DNA of 64,000 nucleotides from Octopus bimaculoides (taxonomy: Eukaryota), in the NCBI RefSeq assembly GCF_001194135.2, contig NC_069007.1, positions 2,447,549 through 2,511,548 on the forward strand. Reading direction: 5' to 3'. The notes beneath the pieces are model-generated. The model was not told the DNA's origin. It saw nothing but the letters and a program-made list of their open reading frames with translations, and ran no database searches. Positions within the stretch are counted from its first letter, which is position 1. The number at the start of each line of letters is the position of its first letter. A program made the translations under genes and the position numbers. Below are positions 24,355-37,520 of this stretch, piece by piece.

Positions 24355-24548
24355 CTATGTGGTGCAGTGTGTGTATGTTTGTGTGTCTGTGTTTGTCCTC
24401 CCACCAACACTTGACAACTGGTGTGTTTATGTCCCCGTAACCTACCGGTTCGGCAAAAGAGACCGATAGAATCAGTACTAGGCTTACAGAGAATAAGTCC
24501 TGGGATCGATTTGCTCGACTAAAGGCGATGCTGTAACATGGCCGAAAT
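24355..24548 (+). mobile_element. SINE family C, 3' part
   Basis: gtgtttatgtccccgtaacctaccggttcggcaaaagagaccgatagaatcagtactaggcttacag...gctcgactaaaggcgatgctg. Confidence 0.8.
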
Positions 24549-24664
24549 GTGTGTTTATGCGCATTTGTATGTATGTATATTATATATATTATTTATATAT
24601 ACGTATGCAGAAACACACACACTCATATAACCTATATATATATATATAATGACAGGTATGATAG

Positions 24665-24723
<59 letters not shown>

Positions 24724-24734
24724 TATATATATAG

Positions 24735-25010
24735 GGCAATCGGCTTAAGATGACAAGGTTGTAAGTTCGATTCCTGGCGCTTCGTTATTTCACGTTGCTC
24801 CAGTCCACACAACTGTCAAAAATAAATACTGTCTGTATTTCAACGGAAAAATCTTGTAACATTCTGTCCCACTGAATTTCCTTGAGCACTATGTTAAGGG
24901 TACACATGTCTGCGGAGTGCTCAGCCACTTGCATATTAATTTCACGAGCAGCAGCATATACCGTTGGTCGCATCAACTGGAATTCTCGTCGTCGTTAACG
25001 ATGGAGTCCC
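24735..25010 (+). mobile_element. SINE related to family A (shared 3' half, different head and middle)
   Basis: ctatgttaagggtacacatgtctgcggagtgctcagccacttgcatattaatttcacgagc matches the family A 3' body; the 5' part has a gttcgattcc B-box. Confidence 0.75.
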
Positions 25011-25118
25011 AGTTGAATTATAAATATATATATCAACTATATATATACACATGTATTTCAATTATATGTACAATATATATATATATATATACACACACAC
25101 ATTTTTCAACTACATATG

Positions 25119-25165
<47 letters not shown>

Positions 25166-25590
25166 CTGAGAGATCGAATAGATGTAGAACCAACGAAAGA
25201 CCTATTCCGTCCAGCGAGGAATAAATGTCAATTTACATACAGAACCGAAATTAATAATTTCATGGTATTATGAAATTTGAATAAATAACGAACGAAAGTA
25301 CTCAAGGGAATCTACTCTGCAATTTCGACTTTCTTCATCCAGGGAAAGACCATCCCAGGTTTGCGATAAAAGAAATACNNNNNNNNNNNNNNNNNNNNNN
25401 NNNNNNNNNNNNNNNNNNNNNNNNNNNNNNNNNNNNNNNNNNNNNNNNNNNNNNNNNNNNNNNNNNNNNNNNNNNNNNNNNNNNNNNNNNNNNNNNNNNN
25501 NNNNNNNNNNNNNNNNNNNNNNNNNNNNNNNNNNNNNNNNNNNNNNNNNNNNNNNNNNNNNNNNNNNNNNNNNNNNNNNNNNNNNNNNNN

Positions 25591-25621
<31 letters not shown>

Positions 25622-26474
25622 TATATATACACGTTAATATATATAAGTTTATCAATTTGTGTTGCAAGATTTCTGATGTGAAATCGATTGTTGAAATGCA
25701 TATTGCTGTATTTCGGGATGGTCATTTGTTCTTTTATTTTCTTTTTGCCAAATAAACACATGCACTATAAATTTGTTCTTCACTCGTTTATTGCTGGTTT
25801 TATTTTTATTTTTTTAACTCATGCCCATTGTCCGGAAATCTTTCATCACACATCTGTGGCCGCTTCATCCACGCAGAGTGTATGCGGATTTTCCATTTCA
25901 TTATAACCTGTCTTAAATATTTATTGTTCTCATCAATTTATCACTTCAGAAATATATGTTCCATAACTACCTGATGTGATCTACCAGCAGGATTATATGA
26001 ATAATTTAATAATTCAATTATATGACGCTAATGTTTGGAGAAGAAACGAAGCTTTGAGAATATTTTCATTTGCCGAAGGAAATGAAATTAAAATTTTAGA
26101 TTCTATCAGAAGCTGCTATGTCAACTATCACCAAGAAAGAGGTACAGAGTAAACAAAAGTACATCTTGTAATGTTTATTAATCCACGAAGCACGAAAATA
26201 TGATACACGAGATATTTGTGGAAATAATTCACAGTGGAAAAATGGCTGCCTCTATATCATTCGCTTTTAGTGTTATCCTGTCATATTTAGCTTATGCAAA
26301 AAAGATAAATGAGTCAATATATATCATAGCTACTCGACTTGTTACTAGCAGTTTGGAAGGCTACAGTTATAGTAAAGGATTCCTCAACTACCGGGCGCCG
26401 GACCAGTTCTGGCATGCGCAGAAAGAATACATTTTAAAATTGTATTTCTGTCTTATTTTTTATCGAAGTCTGCA

Positions 26475-26690
26475 GTGAGCCAGCAGAATCGTTAGCACAC
26501 CGGGCAAAATGCTTAGCGTCATTTTATTCGTCCGTAGGATCTTAGTTCAAATTTTTCGCCGAGGCTGATTTTGCTTTCATCCTTTCGGAATCGATGAAAT
26601 CAGTGCCAGTTAAGCGGTGGAGTCAATGTAATTGACTAGTCTCCTCCTCAAAGATTTCAGGCCTTGTACCAAGAGTAGAACGGATTATCG
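26475..26690 (+). mobile_element. SINE family B
   Basis: gtgagccagcagaatcgttagcacaccgggcaaaatgcttagc...ttcaggccttgtaccaagagtagaa. Confidence 0.85.
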
Positions 26691-27069
26691 TAATCTGTAG
26701 GATTCCTATTTTGCATTGTCTATGAATCGTATATCATGTATATGTTCGTGTGTGTGTGTGTGTGTGTGCATGGGTGTGGGTATAGCTGTTTGTGTATGTA
26801 TATTTATTATATATGCAATAATTGTATTGTATATCAAGCATTTTAATGTGTTTTATCTGCGCATGATTCTCACCCCCACCCACCCAATCTTACATTAAAC
26901 CATCCTGGGTTGCATAAAAAAAACATTTTAGGAATCACCGCCATACGCAATCGACTTGTTATAATTAATAGATTGAGTGATTATGACATACAGGTTCGAC
27001 CAGTTACTAGTAGAAGGTCGAATACTTATGATTTACAAAATCGTCTAGTTACTTCTTACCCTCGACAAT

Positions 27070-27348
27070 CAGTGGTTCCCAAACTTCTTTAGGTTGTCAC
27101 TCCATGGCACACAAGCGGCCACATTCCTGGACCACCACCACACTCACCGCCACAAACATAGACTACTTTGTAGAGAAAATTCAAAGCAAGAGTATTTCGC
27201 AAATAAAACTTATCCTAATTAATTCATTATTTGGGGGCTTTTTTTTTACATCATTTTTACTTCCCCCTTATCACCCCACTATTCTTCAACGCCCTTCATC
27301 TTTCTCCTGCCCTCAAGGGGGTAGTACCACCCACTTTGAGAACCAGTG
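27070..27348. mobile_element. hAT (Charlie-like) MITE
   Basis: Imperfect terminal inverted repeats CAGTGGTTCCCAAAC ... CTTTGAGAACCAGTG; no clean 8-bp TSD. Confidence 0.75.
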
Positions 27349-28130
27349 CAGTATATAGAATTGATTTTTTTTTAATTCCTAGCAGGTCAAACGTATTTTG
27401 TATACAGGATTGAGCTATTATTATTAGCTGATCGAGTGGGTGTCGTATGTTGGATTCCATACTTATTTATTTAATATGAATAGCTCTATAAAGTCACACT
27501 ATAAAAGCTATGACAATAACAAATGCACACATGAATATGACGTGGTGGTGACCAGACCCCTGATTCCGATCAGGCGTGGAGTATTTCATCAAAGTATGCC
27601 TAGCATTAAAATAAAGCTCGATAGCAACAACGTCAGAAAAAGGAGTCTAAGAAAAAAATCTTCGAAAAATTGAGATGAAAATTAGTATTTTAAAATTAAT
27701 TTCTAAAAAAGTCACCCAAATGTAAATTATTATGTTGCTTCTATTTGCCATGGGCTACACTATCTATTAATATTCAACGAAAATATCTATAATACGGTTC
27801 GACATGTCACGGCATTCGTGAGTTAGCGAGTTGTGCTTTAACCTAGTTTAACTATGGAACTATATCGATGACATAATCCATAGATTTAGCATAATGAAAC
27901 TGCTGATTGTTATATGCTTTTCATAATTATAACTATGGAACGAAATCCATGGTACAATTGAGATATTCGATAAAAGGAAGTAGGGGGTGATGGTTGCGCT
28001 TTAGACACCCTTATATATAAAACGTAACTGAAAACATGATCTGACGTTGTTACGGAATTAAAGCTGATTATGAAAACGAATAATTTAAAACCATAAAATG
28101 CGAATAAATTCTTGATAAAATATAGTAAGT

Positions 28131-28499
28131 GGAGGGGCAATGGCCAAGTGGTTAGGGCAGCAGACTCGCGGTTTCGATTTCCAGACCGGGCGTTGTGAGT
28201 CTTTATTGAGCGAAAACACCTAAAGCTCCTCGAGGCTCCGGCAGGGGATGGTGGCGAACCCTGCTGTACTCTTTCACCACAACTTTCTCTCACTCTTACT
28301 TCCTGTTTCTGTTGTGCCTGTAATTCAAAGGGTCAGCCTTGTCACACTGTGTCACGCTGAATATCCCTGAGAACTACGTTAAGGGTACACGTGTCTGTGG
28401 AGTGCTCAGCCACTTGCACGTTAATTTCACGAGCAGGATGTTCCGTTGATCGGATCAACTGGAACCCTGGACGTCGTAAGTGACGGAGTGCCAACAACA
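28131..28499 (+). mobile_element. SINE family A, full length, with 12-bp target-site duplication
   Basis: A/B-box-like head, (AAC)n tail; AAAATATAGTAA at 28117-28128 and 28500-28511. Confidence 0.95.
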
Positions 28500-28914
28500 A
28501 AAATATAGTAAAACTTGAATTTTTATCATTATTTGTGCTACTTCATTTTTTGGGACTTTTGCGAGGATTACTTATTGCGTAAAACCTAATTAGTGGACAA
28601 TCTCGGATTCCTATTTGCAAACTGAATTCAAAATACCGATAACACCCTCAAATCCGGAAGAGCAATATCCGGAACATTCAAACAACCGCCACCCTAAAAG
28701 ACAATAAAAGAACATATGCTGTTAATTAGAGTGAAGATAATTAGTCCGAATTTGTGTAATTAATTAGTTGCCAGTAAAGAAAGAAATCTTCTGCTGTACT
28801 CAAAATGTATCGGTGCTACTCAAAGTTCAGCAATTTTACTTTACCGTTCTTACAGTTCCAATATCAGTTAGCTTAGTAAGGCTCCTTCGCCTTGTGGGCG
28901 ATAAAGAAATAAGA

Positions 28915-29100
28915 AACGTTAGCATGCCGGGCTAAATGCTTAGCAGTATTTCGTCAGTCTTAGTTCAAATTCCGCCGAGGTCGACTTTGCCTTTTATCTT
29001 TTCGGGGTCGATAAATTAAGTACCACTTGTGCACTGAGGTTGATCTAATCGACTGGCCCTCTCCCCCAAATTTCGTGCCTTGAGGCTAGAGTAGAAAAGA
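28915..29100 (+). mobile_element. SINE family B
   Basis: acgttagcatgccgggctaaatgcttagc...gaggtcgactttgcc...agagtagaaaaga. Confidence 0.9.
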
Positions 29101-29288
29101 ATATTCCGGACCACTAAGTTACGAGGACGAAAACAGACCGCAATGTTGGAGACAAACATCAACAGACGTGGACATATACTCACATATATCTAGCTATACA
29201 TATGTGGGGGGGGGGGCTAAAAACTTCTTCGCCTTAAGGCTATTGCTTTCTTTTACAGGGCTTAGAAAAAAGAAAGGACCACTGCAAT

Positions 29289-29490
29289 AGGAAAAATACC
29301 TCTCAGGAAAATACCTCTCAGGAAAATACCTCTCAGCCAGCACATCGACGAATGTGCTTACGACAAATTTCCCAAATTCACAACGTTTCCTCTATACAAA
29401 TTCAAAGACAATGCTAGACAAAATGAACGCATTAGCAAAGAAATATTGTTTATAAGAAAATACCGACCAAGTCTAAATTCTCTAAACTAG
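29289..29490 (+). pseudogene. Penelope-like element, C-terminal (GIY-YIG end) ORF fragment
   Basis: Open frame 29305-29490: RKIPLRKIPLSQHIDECAYDKFPKFTTFPLYKFKDNARQNERISKEILFIRKYRPSLNSLN*. HxxxC...R..KE..FI....P.LN is the typical GIY-YIG C-terminus. Confidence 0.7.
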
Positions 29491-30674
29491 CAACACTGAG
29501 ACTTTCATATATGTTTTAATATTTTTATACGTGGATTTGCAAGTTATTCATAAGAAATAAACAAAGGGGATCGAAGAACCCGATTTCTATTAAAACGATG
29601 GCAGGAACAACTTCACCTCGACGACTACCACCACTACTACTACTACTACTATTGTTATTATCATGCCTGCTGCTAGTTATTCGACAGCTACAACCACTCC
29701 TAGAATTCCTCCCTGACCACTATTTAATTTCCTAAAACAGATAGTAGTAATCTACTAAAAGAACCAGTTGGAATTACCATGTTCAAGGAAATGACCACGT
29801 GCGCATGCAAGAAATAACAGTAAACTATGAATGTCATTCTTAATTTTAATTTCAATTTTATTTTATTAATAGCCCTTTTCTCTTCTCACATATTTTATAT
29901 TCATTTTTGATAAGGTTATTAAAAAAAAACCGAAACATGTAAATTAATTAAAACACCCCAAAAATGTTTTTAAAAAGTGACATTTTCATTTTTATTCATT
30001 TTCAATGTCTACTTACCCGTGTAGTACTTTTACAAATCTTTTCAAATATATANNNNNNNNNNTCTCTCTCTTTCCCTCTCTCTCTCTTTCCCTCTCTCTC
30101 TCTCTCTCTTTATATATATATATATATATATATACATAAGTGTCACGAAAGGTGCCACGCACTGGGACTAAATGAAAATCCAAGTGGTTGACAAGCGAAT
30201 TTCATCTCACTTTCATTTAGCACCACACAAGACTCACAGCTCAATTCTCTACAGCTTTGAGATTCCGTAGAATCAACGTTTCCATTATATATTTGGGTTT
30301 ATTTTACATCCTCTTCCATTTCGCATTCTGACACACAGTTTTAGCAAAATACAAGACTTAACTCCCTTGCTGGGCGAAAGTACGTGTTGTTTGTTGCACA
30401 GTTCTTGTTTACAAAAAAGTACGACAGCGTTTTCTTTATTTATCTATATTTTTGTATTTCATCTTTTATTATTCCTGAGCTGTTATTTATCGTCTACATC
30501 ATGTATATATATCAGATATATGTGTGTGCAGGTGTGTTGGGGAGTGTGGGGGGTGTTTGTGCGCGTCTATATACATATACTCACATACGCAGTCATACAA
30601 AATAATAATAATAACAATAATTAGATAGATAGATAGATAGATAGATAGATACTGTATCAAACCAGATTCTAAAA

Positions 30675-30712
<38 letters not shown>

Positions 30713-30801
30713 TGTATTTGTATCAATGCATGCGTAAATGTAGTATAGATATGCATACATATATATGCGTGTGTTTCTGTGCGTGTGTGTGCGCACATGT
30801 G

Positions 30802-30845
<44 letters not shown>

Positions 30846-31474
30846 CGCAGTCTCAAATAAGAAGCAGTTTATTCAGTGCATCCTCATATATTGATTTTTT
30901 TTTTCTCTTTCTAATCTTAATATTTCTCTGGATATATAAAGGTAGGTCTTAAGGCGATATTTCCATGAACTCCATCTTATGTTTCACTTGCAAAACAGAA
31001 TGAAATTGGTTACAGAATGAAACGGTCTTATACCAATTTTTTTTTACCATTATTTACCATTTTCCTTTTCGTTTTTTTCTCATTTTTGTTATTTATATTT
31101 TCGATATTATTTCCATAATCACTGTCTACTTGTTTCAAAATTCTTCAGTTTTATGCTTCTTCCAGAGATTTTCAGATGTGTGTTTATTATGGACCTAAAA
31201 TATGTTTCGTGTATTACTTTTACTTGCAGCCCATGTTTACGTTGTGGCATGTCGTTCCAATAAGTTCCTTTGATCTGATGACGAACAAATTTACTTCCCA
31301 TGATTACAAGCAAAACCCAATTCTTTAAGTATGTTTCTTAATTCTGTTACATGTGAAAGCAAATGCACTGAATCCTTATAAACGAATCTATTAAATCCCA
31401 AAATACAACCTGTACCATAGGTTCACGGAGAGTATTTTGCATGATAACACTAATTTAAAAATACATCTATGTGT

Positions 31475-31871
31475 TGTTGTTGTTGTTGTTGTTGGCACTC
31501 CGTCGCTTACGACGTCGAGAGTTCCAGTTGATCCGATCAACGGAACAGCCTGCTCGTGAAATTAACGTGCAAGTGGCTGAGCACTCCACACACACGTGTA
31601 CACTTAGCGTAGTTCTCGGGGATATTCAGCGTGACACAGAGTGTGACAAGGCTGACCCTTTGAATTACAGGTACAACAGAAACAGGAAGGAAGAGTGAGA
31701 GAAAGTTGTGGTGGAACAGAACAGCAGGGTTCGCCACCATCCCCTGCCGGAGCCTCGTGGAGCTTTAGGTGTTTTCGCTCAATAAACACTCACAACGCCC
31801 GGTCTGGGAATCGAAACCGCGATCCTATGACCGCGATTCCGCTGCCCTAACCACTGGACCATTGCGCCTCC
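31475..31871 (-). mobile_element. SINE family A, full length
   Basis: Reverse complement aligns end to end with the 28131 copy (roughly 93% by eye); (GTT)n tail on the left. Confidence 0.95.
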
Positions 31872-31984
31872 AAACATTTATGTCCATTCAACGATAAACA
31901 AGACAGTGACCTAGAATTTGTTTTCCTAATTTTCTTATCCCAAATATTCTTTCCTTGCCGTAAAATGTAACTACGTGTAGATCG

Positions 31985-32165
31985 TTGGCAGCATTTCGTC
32001 TGTCGTCACTTTGTGAGTTGGAAATCCCGCCGAGGTCCACTTTCATTTTCATCCCTTCGGAAACGATGAAATAAGTACCAGTTATGTACTGGGGTATATG
32101 ATATCAACTGCCGTCATCCCCCTAAGTTTCAGACCCTGTGCCTATAGCAGAAAGGATTACTATGA
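31985..32165 (+). mobile_element. SINE family B, diverged, followed by (ATT)n
   Basis: gcagcatttcgtctgtc...cccgccgaggtccactttc...aagtaccagtt. Confidence 0.75.
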
Positions 32166-33076
32166 TTATTATTATAATTATTATAATTATAATTATTATC
32201 ATTATTATTATTAATAATATCATTTTATCAATTTTATTGTTGTTGCTCTTCTTCTTCTTATTATTATTATCATTATTGGAAATCATATGTGAAAGATAAA
32301 TACTTAAACATAACTGAATGCATGATATGCTATGAAAACATCCTTGTCGATTTTCCTATCTTCCCAGCAGAGGTTTATACATTTATCTTTACATTCATAT
32401 TATCATTGTTATCATTTATCATTATTTATATTATCATCACACATTCAACAACTTCATGCTATTTTCAACAACACCACCAGGTACATTTTCCTGTTCCTGG
32501 TGTTTTCCCAGCATTGTCTTTTACCAGAGAAGAATTGCATTTCTGCGCTACATCATTATTCTTTGCATTATTTTCCGCCATTAACATTATATTGCATATT
32601 ATAATTTTTTTTTTCTGTATTTTCCCTATTTGGAGATTCAGAAATTGACATACCTAAATCACCAATATGTTTCGATTAATGAATGTTGTTTTGATTTTCT
32701 ATTTGTATTTTATTTTTAATTTTACATTTACAATTTCCATTATTTACTCGGAAGCATAAAGATTTGAATAACTTTGTGTAAATCTCAAATTACAGTAATA
32801 ATGTACGTCTCAGCATAGATGTGCTTGTATACACAATCATACATACATATGTGTGTGTGTGTGTGTGTGTGTATAAACATGCATGTTAATGTTTATATTG
32901 ATATTGAAGGGAAGAGAAAGTGAGGTGTCAGATGTAGATATGTAATTTACATGCACTATTATAAGTATAAAACCTATTTTATTTTATATACAGATATCAC
33001 AATAATGGCACGCACATACATGTATATACACGTGTATATATATATATATATATATATGCTAGGATCNNNNNNNNNN

Positions 33077-33128
<52 letters not shown>

Positions 33129-33273
33129 TATATATTTTCATGCATATGTACGATGGTGGCAAATACATGATCTAATCTAATGTGTACCTTTATATATAGA
33201 TTTATTTATTTATATGCATATATAAATGTGTGTATATATATGTATAGAGAGAGAGAGAGAGACATACATAATC

Positions 33274-33305
<32 letters not shown>

Positions 33306-33391
33306 TTGTGTTTTATATGTCTATATATACATAACTATATATATAAATATACACATACATATACATTTATGAATATACATGATCCTGGCAA

Positions 33392-33426
<35 letters not shown>

Positions 33427-33599
33427 TACATATATAATATGTGCGTGTGTGTCTGTGTGTATGTTTGTGTTACTATTTATATATATAAACGTACATGTTT
33501 ATATATCTTTAAACAAGTAAATCTGCATTTGTGTACGCGTCGATAACTATGGATGCGATTGTAATTGTATGGAACATCCTACTTTGCAAATATTACGTA

Positions 33600-33830
33600 T
33601 GTGTGGGAAACAACAGTTAGCTTACATGGAAATCAACTTAAATAGCAAATATATTGGTTATTATGAATAACATAACAGCAAAACTCAACAAATAAACTGA
33701 ATACAACATTCTGACATTTTACTAAAACCTCACAGACTCACACCTAGAAGAGAATTGTCCAATAGAAAATGCTAAACAAATAAAATTCCAGAACAGATAA
33801 TCTATCCATGTACCATCAGAGTAACAAGGA
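33600..33830 (+). mobile_element. Possible Penelope-like relic (RT-endonuclease linker)
   Basis: Fragments such as ...IANILVIMNN...EENCPIEN loosely echo the PLE linker. Weak. Confidence 0.25.
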
Positions 33831-34324
33831 AAGATATTGGCAAACAAACTGTATTAGATTTCTGATACAAAATCGAAATGGAGAAATGAAAATTGTCATG
33901 TTGTCCTCATGAGAGAGTTTAGTCTTAGAATATGATGTTACGCGTTCGAATTCACATTGCAGCAAGTTGGTGTGATATGTGTGTATATATCTATGTATAT
34001 ATACATGCATATATGGACCATATCAGGACCCATGAATGACGAAGATCCAACGACTACTCTGCCTATTTCTGTGTGCTTACCTTTCAATGCTGTGTATGCC
34101 ATAAGGTTTGCAAATCCAACGGAGGTACCAAAAGATATTTTAAGTTCCACAAAGATTAGAACTTAACTGTAGATCTTTGTGATTCAAATCAGACATGCAA
34201 TCTATGCTGGTGCCATTTCAATACAATGTCCGGTGTAAAAAAGACATATAAGACGCAATGATGGATGTCGGGGGTCAGTACAAGACGTCGTCAGACTCTG
34301 CATAAGGAGTTGAGAACTACCATA

Positions 34325-34394
<70 letters not shown>

Positions 34395-34417
34395 AATTGT
34401 GTATATATATATATATA

Positions 34418-34570
34418 TACGACGGGCTTCTTTCGGTTTCCTCTACCAAATCCACTCACAAGGCTCTGGTCGGCCCTAGGCTATAGCTGAAGGCACTTGC
34501 CCAAGACGCCAAGCAGTGGGACTGACCTGGAACCACGTAGTACGAATGCAAGTTCTTACCACGCAGACTA
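34418..34570 (-). mobile_element. SINE family C, 5' part
   Basis: gacgggcttctttcggtttcctctaccaaatccactcacaaggctctggtcggccc...cacttgcccaag...gcagtgggactgacctggaacc. Confidence 0.88.
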
Positions 34571-35091
34571 ACATGATTATAAAATAACAGTAATTAGCAG
34601 CACACATCATTTCAACTTCACAAAAACGTTCAGTTATTACTCGTCATACACTTCAAGATATCTTTCTGCACGTATGTATTCTCATTTCTTAATGTGTGTG
34701 TATGAGTGCGGTCATATATAATTCAACATGCTATTAGCAATATCATCGACCTACACAGAATATTGGGTGCTGCTTCAGATCTAGAATTATTCTTCGGTAG
34801 CGTTCAACCCAGAGCTGAGTGCAGATGTCAAAGGAGTTTCGTTGCTAGAAATCTCTCTGTAATGCCATACAATAATTTCTATATAGACCTTACACAATGG
34901 GTGCATTGAGGGCTATTTAATGTCTCTATTTGAAATATCAATCGAACAATATGTACATACATACTCACAAACATACACTCACTCAGAAATGCACGCAAAC
35001 ACACGCACAAGCACATATATGGATATAGAGGTATAAATATATGTGTATATATCTATATGTGTGTATCTATATATCTATATATATCTATATA

Positions 35092-35124
<33 letters not shown>

Positions 35125-35169
35125 ATATATATCTATATATATCTATATATGTGTATATATCTATATATG

Positions 35170-35233
<64 letters not shown>

Positions 35234-35294
35234 TACGTGTGTGTATGTATGGATGTAACTTATGTATACATATAAATATATATATATATACATG

Positions 35295-35338
<44 letters not shown>

Positions 35339-35357
35339 CACCCACCCAAACACAAAC

Positions 35358-35392
<35 letters not shown>

Positions 35393-36099
35393 AATGCAAA
35401 GTTCTGAATGATCCTTCATATTAATTACAATAGAACACGTAAAGACCTCAATGATATTTGTTCTGGCAAAGAATTCAAAGACATCTTTTGGAAAGGTGGT
35501 TCAACCTATGACTCTTAGAATCATCCATTTATCGTCAAATCTCACAAAGATGCATTTATGTTACCTTGCCTACCCATTCCGAAAACTCATAAGCCCTCTT
35601 CACAAAAGAAAGTCCGAATTCAAATACGAAATCGATTGTGAAGAATATGATAATCGCAAGTGATATATAAATCGTGATTCAAGACTCAACTTGCTTCTTT
35701 GAAAATTTTTTTTGATATTGTAATTCTATTTATGGATGTAGAATTTGGCGTATGGAATAAAGTATAAAATTAAATAAATATGAGTATAATTATGTATATG
35801 TATATATATATATATATATATATAATGATATATTCGCACACACATATATATTTACGTTTGTATATTTACATACACCGACACAATTGTCTATATATATATG
35901 TGTGTATAAATATACGTGTGTATTTAAGTGTAGACGTGTGTGTGAGTGTGTGTGTGTGTGTGTGTTAGTGAGTGTACTGTGTTCCTCAATAGTTGCATTT
36001 CAATGTGTTTCTTGTCTATAGTGATGATTTGTCAAATAAGTACACATATACTTATCTATATCTATATCTCTCTCGATCTATCTACCTACCTCTCTATCG

Positions 36100-36157
<58 letters not shown>

Positions 36158-37289
36158 CCTTTTTTCTCAATATCCACAATGTATTTTTGTTTAAGTGTGT
36201 GCGTGTATGCGTCTTTATATGAACTCATATCGCATACACCGATCCAGACATTCACAAATCTGCAGATATGCTCACCGCTACACTGCGTAGCTGTGCACAT
36301 CGCCATATCATGTGTCATTTTTTTCACTTGTGTATATGTACGTGTATATACACCTACGTGTATGTGCATGTGCACTCGTTTGTTTCGGGCATGGTATGTT
36401 TATGTGAATATGTATTTGCATACGTTTCGATGTGGGCGGGAGGGTTTTCTACTCTCAACCACAACAGATCAATAGAAACAATTGCTGTCTTCATAAAATT
36501 GAAATTCTGTTATCACAGAACAAATGCTTTTCGCTAATAATGTACAGAAAGAAAAGGAGCTTTTTTCTGCTTGTTTAAATAAAGCAAGGAACTTGGCGTT
36601 GTTACAGAGGCTAATGCATATCTTCTAATGCATTTATTGATACAATGTTACCAGGGTGTGTATGTCACCTGAATTTAATGAAAAGAAAATGCGGCAATCT
36701 GTTTCAGAATTCAACAATATCTGCTGTGTGCTTCTACTAGTAAAATTGTTCTGAAGAATGCAGATTACATTTGTTGTTACACAGAAAGAACCCCTCATTG
36801 TTTTATCTTTCTTCGGAAGGTGGTGCTGCTCTGGATTTTAATCACATGAATTGCATTCACAATGGAGCACCGCCCCAAAGGGTTTCTGTTTCAAATACAT
36901 CGAATGCCAGCACTGAGTGTGTAAAAATTTATAATCGTTTCCTTGTTAAAAGCATACCTGAACATTACCATGAAGAACGTGAGTGAATATCTATAACCAA
37001 AATAAGTTATTGTTCTACGCAACAAATTCTACTGAGATCTAAATCTTTGAATATCCATCTCATATCTGTTTATGCTCGTGCATACGTACAATCATACTCA
37101 TATACATAGTTGCGTCCATAATTAAAAATATTCATACAAAGCATTTTATAGGCGAAGGCAGAGAATTGAACTCACGAAGTTCGCCATTCAAACTTGGAAT
37201 TTGTTTATATCACTATGCATTGTACAATACTCCAGAGCCTTCCTCAACAAACTTCCATTCTCTCTATCTCGCGCGCGCTATATATATAT

Positions 37290-37520
37290 ATATATACATA
37301 TAAAGGTCTTCGGCGATTTCGAAGCCTGAACACTCGATAATTCAATAAAAAAAATAGCTTTCTAGTATGCAATCGGCTGAACATTCAGAGACACATGTAG
37401 GAAGAACCTGATGTCCTATATTTATAGCAGGTACCATATTCTACCTAATTGTTCAAAGTGTCTATATGATCGCGAAGAGACATGAGTAAAGCCTTGACCC
37501 ATTCACACTTTGATCCAGTG
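37290..37520. mobile_element. Possible Penelope-type terminal-repeat relic
   Basis: gatttcgaagcctgaacactcgataattcaataaaaaaaatagctttctagtatgc is recalled as a recurrent octopus repeat end; not verified. Confidence 0.3.

Noticed and set aside
28131-28215. SINE heads as real tRNA genes (also 6366, 31790, 60560)
   Set aside because: Acceptor stems are not closed and the heads continue into SINE bodies.
34081-34160. Minus-strand peptide FGTSVGFANL before a strong AAG|GTAAGC donor, resembling the EAG K+ channel filter TSVGFGN
   Set aside because: Lacks the GFG glycine and the upstream pore helix; an in-frame stop lies just upstream and the acceptor is poor.
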